DNA of 58,366 nucleotides, filler included, from Sphacelaria rigidula (taxonomy: Eukaryota), in NCBI GenBank assembly GCA_964200075.2. It is 6 parts of 6 records of this genome, joined end to end, with 100 filler letters (N's around TTAATTAATTAA, not from the genome) between each part and the next. Parts side by side here need not be neighbours in the genome. Positions count along the whole stretch, not along the records: positions 38,981 to 48,624 come from CAXNAA020008049.1; positions 48,725 to 58,366 come from CAXNAA020008050.1; 4 more parts are not named here. One strand, given 5' to 3'. Positions 47,876-58,366 of the stretch are shown in pieces (the stretch's first letter is position 1; each line of letters starts with the position of its first letter). The position numbers were made by a program, and so were the translations under genes. Below the pieces are notes generated by a model. It was not told the DNA's origin. It saw only the letters and a list, made by a program, of their open reading frames with translations, and did not search any database.

Positions 47876-48624
47876 AATATAGAATATATCGCCGACTGTA
47901 ATTTGTGTAATACAGTACTCGAACTTCAACGCGTTAACTGCAACGCCACACTTCGAGACAACAGTGTGTAAACATCTCCCCCGATATGGAATGCTACAGG
48001 CGGCTTTCGCGCCATAGCGGCTGTGTTACCATACAGCTTCGCCCGAGATACAGGCAGCCATTACAGCGGCGGAGGCGGCCTTTCACTCCTGCGATTTGGG
48101 ATTTGAACAGCAGAAGAAGCTCGAAATTAATCTTCACTTTGCCGTCCAATTCTTCCGGAAATTGGGCAAAAAATAATTCTTTAATGCGAACAGCGTCAGC
48201 TGGGCATATCCTTCAATAATCATGCATACTGCACCGTTATCAGCATGTGGGATCCGACAAGCAGAAACAATTGTTTAAAGTAACTGATCCTTTTGCCCCC
48301 CAGTCCATGCACATGGGCTAAAGAATGATTAATTCTCAACAACTTTTGCTGAATGGAGATCCGACACACTGATGACGATCGAGTGTATGTCCACACGCCT
48401 GCGAGTTTAGATATGACGCTTCTGCTCAAGACGTGGATAATGGGACGACAATGTATACCTCGCATATAAGTTTACATTGGACACTTTCTACGATAGCCCC
48501 CCCCCAAAACCAGCTAAAAGTGTCACGAGAAAAATGGCCATACAGCGCATAATAACAGCCGATTCTCGAAAATGGGGTTGAAAAAAAAATGAGGTTCAAC
48601 TCAAAAGCCGTGCTTTCCCTGACC

Positions 48625-48724
48625 NNNNNNNNNNNNNNNNNNNNNNNNNNNNNNNNNNNNNNNNNNNNTTAATTAATTAANNNNNNNNNNNNNNNNNNNN
48701 NNNNNNNNNNNNNNNNNNNNNNNN
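48625..48724. other. Artificial contig linker
   Basis: N + TTAATTAATTAA + N, 100 bp. Confidence 0.98.
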
Positions 48725-49247
48725 GAGGCCAGCGAGAGCTGGGGAGTCCCTCGAACAAGCATATTGACGCTGTCATTCTAGCGCTGGCTAGCGTCACAGA
48801 TCTAAGATCACAGACGGACTTCTGCCCACCCCAGTATGGGCAGTCGGGGGAAGGGGATGGTATCTGAATATTTTAGTGCGATACGAGTTACACTGGCTCA
48901 CGACCCCTGTATCTCCTATCGCCCCAAACTCAGAGTCCACGTCGACACGGTGCTCGGGCTCGTGTCCCCTGCCTTTCCCTGCTCCGCCTTCGTTGGTTCG
49001 GTGGTCTTTGTGTGCGGTCTAAGATCACTAGCGGTCCTGGGCCCACCCCAGCGGGGGGCAGGCCAGGAGGAAGAGAAGGGTAGAGGTGCGTTTGTTTTAA
49101 TCAATCGGACGTTTCATCGAGTCTTTTTGTTATACAACTCTACGTACTGCGTGCTTTGGGTGTTACTATCCGCGCTTGTAGGGTACTGCATTTTTCCAGC
49201 CCCGTCCGAGGAAGAAAACACTGATATAGTACGACCGAACGAAGTGG

Positions 49248-49965
49248 AAGTTTGTGGTGCTGCTAGATTATGTCGCCCAGCTAGCTACCTACCTAGCCAT
49301 ATATTCCGCTCGCGTGCGGTAGTCGTAAGTGCACATGCATGAAATTATTCTTGTATTCGGGAAGAAACCCTCGAGCCCCCCAAATCATGGTTGCGGACTT
49401 ACTGTATTGCACGGTCTTGTTTCGAAAATGAGTAGTATAGAAATCCCCGAGCCTTCCAAACCCATGGTTGCGGACTCACTGTATTGCACGGTCTTCTTTC
49501 GAACATAAATAGTACACAGGTGGCCACTGGGGTGCCTGTAATCTCAAAATTGGACGTCATAGACGTTGTGCAACGTCTGTGACGTCTGAATTTGAGTTAC
49601 AGGCACCCCACCCAGTGGCCACCCGTGTATAGTTTGTGGTGTTGCTAGATGATGTCGCCCGGCTAGCTAGCTATCTAGCTAGCCATATACTCCGCTCGTG
49701 TGCGGTGGTCGTTACAGTAGTGCACGTACATGAAATTATTCTTGTATTCGGGGAGAAACCCCCGACACCGCCAAACTGATGGTTGCGAACTTACTGTACT
49801 GCACGGTCTTGTTTCGAAAATGAATGGTATAGAAACCTCCGGCCCTCCACACCCATGGTTGCGGACCTACTGAACTGCACGGTCTTGTTTCGAAAATATG
49901 TAGTATAATCTGCGGTGTTGCTAGATAATATCACCCAGCTACCTACCTACCTAGCCACATATTTC
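49248..49965. repeat. Higher-order tandem repeat (~270-bp unit, about 2.2 copies, each with two ~75-bp subunits)
   Basis: gtttgtggtg.tgctaga...ctagccata recurs at about 49250, 49632 and 49910; atggttgcg.act.actg.a.tgcacggtctt.tttcgaa occurs four times. Confidence 0.85.
49515..49627. mobile_element. 113-bp fold-back MITE with TA TSD (Tc1/mariner-like)
   Basis: ta|CACAGGTGGCCACTGGG ... CCCAGTGGCCACCCGTG|ta; almost entirely self-complementary. Confidence 0.8.
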
Positions 49966-50008
49966 GTAGAGTAGTGGTCCTTGTTTGAAACGATTGAAGA
50001 CTAAGAAC

Positions 50009-50296
50009 GTTTTCCTGAGATTGAGAGTAGAGCGCTGATTGAGGGTGGATTTGATCATTCGCTTTAACTCAGCCGATTTTGCATTCCGTCTGTGCTTTTC
50101 TTTGCCTTCATGACTGGCGTGTGCTTACAGCTACATGTCAATATCCTACCCAGGAATATCAAGGGCGTCAGTGCCAAGCTACTGCAGAAAGCATATTGGG
50201 CCTCGTGGAGGGGCATTTCGGAACTGAAACGAATCATGAAGTATTTGGGCGCTGTTCACTCTCAATCTCATCCTCTACTCTCAATCTCACGAAAAC
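50009..50296. mobile_element. MITE with GTTTTC(C/G)TGAGATTGAGAGTAGAG TIRs
   Basis: Inverted termini; fragments of the same family at about 26615-26680 and 28480-28630. Confidence 0.65.
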
Positions 50297-50330
50297 ATGG
50301 TTCACTGTGGGTTCCACATCACCGGGTGTC

Positions 50331-50564
50331 ATGGCATTGTAAAGCATGCACTCCTATGTGCACGCGGTCAAGCCTGACAATCCCTGGCAGGATCAGTCCT
50401 CTCAGATTCGGGTAATGATTTCGTCCAAGATAGTGGTACCTACCGTCGACGCCAAATATTATGGTGTTGTAAAGCATGCACCCCTATGTGCACGCGGTCA
50501 AGCCTGACAATCCCTGGCAGGATCAATCCTCTCAGATCCAGGTAATGATTTCGTCCACGATAGT
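50331..50564. repeat. Direct duplication of ~100 bp with a 130-bp period
   Basis: tgtaaagcatgcac...gatttcgtcca.gatagt occurs twice. Confidence 0.85.
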
Positions 50565-53500
50565 TCACAACACAACAGCTTCACGCAATAAGCTATACCT
50601 ACTTGATACAAAAGACTCGTGTTCACTCGTATTCGTTATCGCTCCGTTCGATGCTCTCTCACGTTGCTCACCAGCTGTATCAATGCTTAGCAGTCGGCTC
50701 CACGTTCGCAAGTGAGCCAGGGGGGTTCACGAGCGGCTGGAGAACCCCCGTATATTCCCTTTGATCAATCTCACATCCGGCCTAGTGAAGCTTGGTCAGA
50801 CCCGCAACTATAGAATCCCAGATTTGATCATAAACGCCTCCTAGCTTCATGACACGGGCCTTTTCTTGAAACAGGGTGGTCATTGTTTGCGACATAACAT
50901 TCCTGTGCTGCCGTGCTGCTGTGCCTTGTTCAACTCGCCAACGACCCATTGCACAGTCTTGTGCTTGCTGCTGACTAGGGCAAAGGCAACGTTCGGCCGT
51001 TTTGAACTACTTCGCTCTCACGGTCTCGTGACATTTGCGGCATAACCGGTGTGTTTGTGCTCCCAAATGAACGGGAACACGACAAAGAGAAACATGGGGG
51101 AAAACACCCCGCCAGAAGTAATTATGTTTCAAGTTTTTCATTATCTTCCACAGACGTTTGTAGTTCGGATTCCTGTCTCACGTTTTCCATGATCTTGAAA
51201 AGGCTTTTGTGGTTCGGGATCGACACCCCGCGAAAAAGGGCCAGGTCGAGCGACTGTCGGTGATCAGAACACGCGCCACAGAAATCAGATGACACCCAAA
51301 CCTGATCGGTAATGTACCGCTGAGCCTTATAGTGCACTGAAAAAGAAAGCGTGGGGGGAAAAGCCTTGCCGCCAGAGAAAACTCGGCGAAAGTGATGAAA
51401 AATACGAAATGATACATGTTCATATACTCTGCGATTTGAACGTAGAGACTTACGATACCACACCACTACGTCGCTGTAGGCGCTCAACGTATTAAACATG
51501 TCCGCGAGATCACGGGCGGGGGTTTTTTTCGGAACGGAATGTACCTCGTGAATTACACCAAGTCCAATTGTCCTAGACGGCTGTCCCCCCGAACGCCCGT
51601 GATCTTACGGGAATTTTGGCGCAATCGTTTTTGAAATCAGCTAAGCCTTCCATGAAATATGGCCGAAAATGTCCAAACCCTTCTCTTTTTACACCCCAGT
51701 GGTCACCCGTGATATTTTTATTTACAGCGCTGCACTGACCCCGTCGACTAAAACCTTCTTGCACCGAAATTCCTGTCAAATCACGGGCTTTCAAGGGGGT
51801 AACGAACATTTCGGGCGATTCGACCGTCTCGAGGTAAATCACAAAAAATCCCCCGCTTCGCGAAAGAAAAAAAGGCGTTGTTAATCTCACGAGTATGCTG
51901 AAAGTAACGAAATAGGTACCACTCCCCTTTTACCAAAACAAGAGCAACGTCCCAGGAGAATCGCTGCGCGTGAACATAGCCCCGGACAAACGTAGCGACG
52001 AACAACCGGATCATATCCTTGCAGTGCTACCGTCTTCGATTCATACGCAATTTGCCGCCCAGGAGTTATGCCACGATGGGGGGGGTGTTGGATTCCACGA
52101 AGAAAAAACTCATGTGTGTCAGACGACCCAACACACTCGCGATGCGAAAGTTCTTGTGTACGAAAGAATACTGGCCGCCATTTGTCGGTAACAAGCGCGT
52201 TCGAACAATCGTTGCTGCTTTCAACGACGGTTTGAACTTCAATTTCGTGGTATGAATTGCCCAAAATTACTCTGCTTTCCATAGTACCATGACTCCAGGG
52301 GAATCCATAGACCGGAATTTCCGATAATCCTACATCATGCCGGCCCACCCTTCCCTTGGCGGAAACCCCCAACGTTTGTACACCAAACAATCGTAAAAAA
52401 AGCACACACAGTCAAGTACTTTTTGGAACCACCGGGTCCGAGCAGGTCTGAACAACGGATACACGACTGGAACGAAGTAGCTTGCAATGGCGAAATAAGT
52501 GTCTGTTGATGCAGTACCACACGACTACATGACGCAGAAATCAAGTAGGCATTGATCTTATGCTGGAACTAAACGTATTACACCATGTCGAGACCTCGTA
52601 CATTTCGCACCCCGCCAACATTTAGATACCTTAAAACCATCGTGTCACCTAGTAGTTCCTTAGCTAGGCATTACGAAGCATTGGCGACTGACTTCACGTA
52701 CTCAGAGCGGACGCGGTATTTGCTAGCCATCTCCTCTTCCCCCAGGGAGGTAACGTACCCCATCAAACGTGCACTTCAGGGGCCGAGATCTTGACCTCAA
52801 ACTACATGTGCCCATAACGCCACCAAAAATATATATTTGTTTTCGAATGACGAAAAGATCTTCCAATTTAAAGCACCGAGTAAGAAATGACCCGAATGCG
52901 ACAAGATCGACCAAGATGAAAGCTAGTTCACAAAGATTAGGCGGTGTGCCCAACTGCTCTGTTGATTGATCGAGGTGTGCTCACCACTTGGTCGATGAAG
53001 AAATTAATCGGAAACATATTTTACAATAACGTTAATGCTAGCTCTAACCCCAACCCAACGCATACCGAGAACCCTCGGGCGAGGGGGGTGTGAAGCGTTC
53101 CTTAGACAAAGTGGGGTGTTGGGAGACCTCATAACGGCGCCACAGGCACCGAGTTCGACGAAAACGCGCTCTACCCACGCGAGGGGCAGTTGGAGCTGTC
53201 AGCCCCGCTAGAGATCCAAATATCGGTGTTTGCATTCGAATCAAGTAATAGAACTTCGGAAAGGTTCTAATCGACCAAGTGGTGAACACTACTGGATTGA
53301 TCATTCGGTTGGTTGTCGCACTACCTTGACTAATCCCCGAGGGATCATCCGTGGCCGCGGGTATCCAAAACGAAAGCACTCACCGAAGGAAACTCGAGAA
53401 AGTACAACAGCCTTACAAAAAAGAATTACAACAACAACGAAGGGAGCTGCTCACTCCACACAAATGACTTTGAAAATAGCCACTTAGGGTCATCCGCTTA

Positions 53501-56500
53501 CCATTCTGCATCGTCTTGGCGCCTTACACACAACTACTAGTCAACATACGGTAGACCATTACTTGGTGGACTCAGAAGCACTCCACAACAAACATTATAG
53601 ACTACGAACCTCAAAGGAACGGGGCTTACCCTCAGGCCAATCAACTTCTGGCACTTGCCAGCCATTGGCACGCGTTGCTGATACTCTCATACAGCCGACT
53701 TATCTACGAAATACATCCACCCAAGACAACCGCACTTGCCAGCTACATGCCGCGGGACGCTGAGGTCCGCTCTGCAAGGAGTACACACGCTACCCATACA
53801 AACCTTTCACCATGTGTGGTCCACCGAACCTCATTCCAACACCATTTTTTCGAAACACACAACGAAGACACGGTGGGAGAGGGGGTTACTAACACATGCT
53901 TCGAGTGGAGACAGGAATGTCTGTGCATGTATGTGTTGCTTACGCCTCCTTGTAGATCCATGTACAACCGCTGCGTGGCACTATACTATCCAACACCACG
54001 AAATCCGATGAGTATGGTATTACAGCACCCGTTGAGAAGGGGCCTTATGCAAAAGTGGAACATCCAACAAAACTGGACCCATGGGCGTGGGCAACGGAGA
54101 ATGGATGTTCACCAAACATGTTTTGCCATTCCTGTGGGACTTGTCCAACAGCCTTCCCCCGAAAGTCCTTTGAACCTTCATGCCACAGGCGTTTAAAACG
54201 TCATCCCGCCGCCGCGCCTATATATTTATCATCATACAGCTCCTCATACCTCGACGGTGAGATCGGACGACGATTCTATTGCTTGACCCGCAAAAAATTC
54301 AAGACAAATCGCCTGTCCTTTCAAGCACACACGGATCGTAGAAATGGAAATGGACTCCTCGTGCAACCCGCGGCGGAAAGGGGGCGGTGTGGTATTGAAG
54401 GCATTTCCCATGAAGAATCAAGCGACACTCCCCTGACCAGCGCACTCCAATACGACACATCGTACAGGACAACAGCATCCAATACCGAGTCCGCCCAAAG
54501 GGTTGCTGTAAAACGAAATGAAAACGACGTTGACTTTTGCTCCCTTTCCCAGTACTAATTCTTCCCAAACGCGCACAACAGCTGTTACAAGTTCAAACTG
54601 TTGCCCGCCGAAATGGTGAGATCAAGTTGCCGCCGCCCCTGGTTGCAAACACTGAAAGCACAAGTACTTCACCCACGACGTGATCCATACAACAGGGAAC
54701 GAACATCACGTGAACCCACTCAATGGCGGGTTTCTTCAGTACCCACGCCATGGCCAATAGAATGACTCACTCAATCACCATACGACCCTGCCAATAGTGA
54801 TGATACTGTCACACCGACTGACGACAGCTAGAACATCGTCGGTTCCTATGGTACCGACACAAGAGCCGGGAGACTCACGGGCCACAGCTAAGACTTACAG
54901 TTTTGAAAGGTGGTACAATGGACTCCGAAGGGGGCCCGTGGCACATAAATACCCAACGATGATGCGCACAAATCGACTTTCAACTTGCGGAGATCCACAT
55001 GATGAACCGCGTGCAGGCCTGACGGCCTCATTCTCGGACGCTAAGACTGCGCCGTGGCCACAACCCCGATAGCAACCTGAAGGGGGGCAACAATCACAGG
55101 GACGAAATAGCGCCGGCAACACGGGGGGAGGGGGAAATGAACATTTGTTTCGTCACTATAGTATCAGCTTCATGCAGTGGGAAGCCATTTCAAATCGAAC
55201 CCCTCGGGTGCTAACCTCTCTCAGATTTTCTGCATGCGAATCATCGGTATTGTAAAACGTAAAGCATCTGTCTAGAGCGGACAATCATGAGAGTTGGGCG
55301 ACGCATGCACTGCGCGAAGTTGACGGGGGGTGTTGAAGGGTTCGACTCCCACACTGCCTTGTGCAAACCTTTCCGAACGCTCGAGGCGCCCACCCTACAT
55401 AACTGCCGCGAGGCGGTCTTACCGAGCCTCCGGGTGAGCGGCACACGAACTCGTTCACGGGATAAGTACTAGAGTTGGAGAATGTACGCGAGTCAGAGAT
55501 TGGAGGACACAGAATGCAGGGTGTGTTTCCAGCGGGGATGGTTCTCGCATGCGGAGGGGAGCTCCTCAGTTATTGTACCCGGGTTCCCACCGATGAAGTT
55601 GGGCCAGTGAAAATGTGCCGGAAAGAGGCCCGGCGCACAAAGTGCTAACTTCAAGTACATAAGTCGCATGGTGTTGCGTGGCCATCGGGGGCTATCCTAG
55701 CCCGTGGACCGCCCATGGCCAGGGTTCCAAGGTCTTGTTCGCGGACAGTCCCGCGAGGTTTAGAAGAGTGGCTTGTGCAAGCGTTTGGATCTATGCTAGA
55801 CGGATATGCACGGTCAACCAAACAGTTTACTATGATGCTCGGAGGCGGGTGCACAATTCGTCCTCTCATGCAATGTCCGTTCTTGCGTGATGCAGTCTTC
55901 GTACGTGCAGGACTGCATGCGCTGCTCGTGCGATCACCGCTGCTGCTCCTTGTTGTACTGTAACGGCGAATATGCTGTTGACCGTGGCTCACGAGTCTAG
56001 AATTACGACACTCTCTATGTTGGCGTTATCACCCACCACAAACCTGCTGCAACCCCCTCGCTCAATGTCTGCCCACCTACCGTACGTCTAGGGGTACGGG
56101 CACTCGAAGGGTTGAAGACGATGATCCTTCACGACATTGACCCTACCCTTGATTTAAATTACCAATCGGACGCAACGCACTTCTGGGATCCCTTCTGATG
56201 CAGAAGTATCTGTAGTACTTAATTGATTGCGTGACCGATTAATTGTCGAACGTTCACTGATCTGCCATTAACCCAGCCCTTGTCGTGTGACATAGACGCA
56301 TGCCAAAGGATATACTGGGGAAAACTTGCCAGGAGGAACTAAAGAAAATGAGGAAAATGAAGAGGGTCGAGAAAACAGAGAAACTGGATTAATATTGAGG
56401 AGAAACGAAAGACGAGAGTCGAGAGAGGCGTGAGGACACGATCAAGTACTAAATTGATCTGACGTCATCCCCGACTGGACACTGCCAAGACTTTGGCAAG

Positions 56501-56726
56501 GCAGCCGTATAAAACTTATTGCCATTCAAGCAGGTTGTCCTTCAGCTCTCTGGCGCACTAGTTTTGCTGGCAGTAAGCTGTTTCAGTGATGGATGCCCCA
56601 GTGCAGAGTTGACCAAAACACGACTATAACCCTCACACGTCACGAACACGTCAAAAACGTTCGCATTGCTGACAAGAATAGACAACTTTCTGCGCAGTAA
56701 TATGGCTGCTGAGGACTACAGTCTAC

Positions 56727-56873
56727 CTCGCGGATGGAGATCCACTCGTCGTTGCTGAGGCCGATGGACTCTAGCCGAATCGTTCGCACGTTCTGCTCAT
56801 TGATGAGCAACGTCGTTAGCTCCCCGTCTGGGTTAGACTGAAGGTTTCCCACGCTTGTACCGTTGACGCTTAT
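56727..56873 (-). CDS. Exon of an F5/8 type C (discoidin/galactose-binding-like) domain protein
   Basis: ctgcag|ATA...GAG|gtag, 147 nt, ISVNGTSVGNLQSNPDGELTTLLINEQNVRTIRLESIGLSNDEWISIRE (typical 'W.SI.E' end strand). Confidence 0.8.
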
Positions 56874-57506
56874 CTGCAGGGGAGACACCGAAAGATACCG
56901 ATGATGACAACAATTGGTGGCAAAAGCTGGGAATCAGCATGATGAAAGCACGGCAACCTCCTCTTGGCATGCGACACGACCAGCTACACCGGAATGTGTT
57001 TGGAACAAACACAGGTACAGCTTCATCCAGAATTTGTCAACATACCCATTGCAATCTGACTCTACCAAAGCACCCGATATACTTATTTGCCAACCAGTTC
57101 CCGGCAACGCCTGTATTTCCCATCCTTTCTGATTACTAAAGCTATACTCTACCGAGCCCTAACAGCGACCAGAACGCCCCAAGCGTACGTTGCTAGAGAG
57201 CAACCGGGGGAAAATCTCCTGCAGAAGAGCACATAACGTTACCACACTGACGGGTCTTCTCTCATCGTGAACCTCGCCATGCCCCATTTGAGCCCGCTAC
57301 AGTTTACCGCTGTCCCGCCAAGCCTCGTCCGCCAGATAGATCAGTCGTTTGCCCCAGCAGTCAAAGTCCGACTACAACTTAAGGTAGCCAAGCCAGCCGT
57401 TCAAATCTCTGCCACAGCCAGTGCAGTGAGTAGCCGTCTCCTACATTTCGCGTTTTCGCCTTATATACGCCGAGAGCGAGATCAGCCTCGTAATCATTCA
57501 ACCCAC

Positions 57507-57642
57507 CTTCAGGAAACGTGTGCGCTCGTCCCACTTGTGGAAGTATATTCCAAGCGCCTCGACGTGCTGCACTTCTTCGAAGTGGAACATGAGCTCGCAT
57601 TGATCGTGGGTATCGCCGACGATGTTCTCCTTGCACGACCAT
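57507..57642 (-). CDS. Preceding exon of the same discoidin-like domain
   Basis: gaag|A TGG...AAG|gtggg, 136 nt, (R)WSCKENIVGDTHDQCELMFHFEEVQHVEALGIYFHKWDERTRFLK. The RWSC and F.K.DERTR motifs are present and the phase matches the next exon. Confidence 0.82.
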
Positions 57643-58366
57643 CTTCGGCATGCAATCACGATCGAAGCGTTGACAAAATCACACCGTGTACATATGGGGT
57701 AGAGGGAGTGTGGGTTGGGGGGACTCAACGGGCGTTCCATCGCGGACATAACCACAGCGGATTCATGAAAAATTTCATCCGCTGAGCTCAAGTCACTGGA
57801 AATCACAGGAACAAAAGAAGGGATGAATAAGGCGTCGTACAGCAAAGCAGGCCATTTATCACATCAAGCATACCTATCTACTCGAGCTCACGGAACGGAA
57901 TGGTGACTCAGTGGGTATACAATGCATGACTATTGCGTGCGCAAATATGATACCGTTCTGTTCTCTGTGTGGGCGTGCAATACTTGCAGGTTTCAAGCAG
58001 AAAAGCTGGTAAATAGTTTCACATCGTCTCGCCGTACTGTAAGGAACTCCTACAGCATGCAGGTCAAGCGAGCGGTGCCACGAAAACCAGCCCCAACACT
58101 GTCACGTAAACAAATTCCATACAGCGCATGATATATGATTTTAGACTGCATGAAGCGCCTCATATGGACGGCATCGGCGAAATCCGTGAGAGCCCCCAGC
58201 TGCTCGGTGTTTTCGAATTTGAGCATTTCATTAACATGTACATTTTGCCTGCCTTCTCAAACTGGCCACTTCTCTGGGGAGGGGGAGGAGGTGTACTCAT
58301 GATCATGCATGCCATAGTCATAAACCCATTGACCTCGCATCCCTACAAAGCCGAGACGGAGCACGC

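Overview
Eukaryotic, repeat-rich DNA, most likely from a brown alga (Phaeophyceae). This is inferred from short GT-AG exons, a plastid-transit-peptide-like exon, a brown-algal-type discoidin exon pair, TAACCC motifs and a WVDD-type Gypsy RT. The window is not one locus: it is six contigs of 9645, 9645, 9645, 9645, 9644 and 9642 bp joined by artificial 100-bp N/TTAATTAATTAA linkers, so adjacency across linkers means nothing. Most of it is decayed transposons: Ty3/Gypsy gag-pol fragments, two RTE-like LINEs, tRNA-derived SINEs and several MITE families (piggyBac-, Tc1/mariner-, Harbinger- and hAT-like). Host genes I can support are one COQ10-like START-domain exon, two F5/8 type C (discoidin) exons, and five in-phase exons of a probably plastid-targeted Rieske-fold protein whose CxH...CxxH ligands are replaced by CxxC...CxxC. 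The most notable signals are that all-Cys Rieske variant, a 465-bp insertion capped by ~88-bp palindromes fused to inward-facing tRNA-like promoters, a head-to-tail piggyBac-like MITE chain and a 10-copy hairpin minisatellite. All calls come from reading the sequence by eye; no database searches were run.
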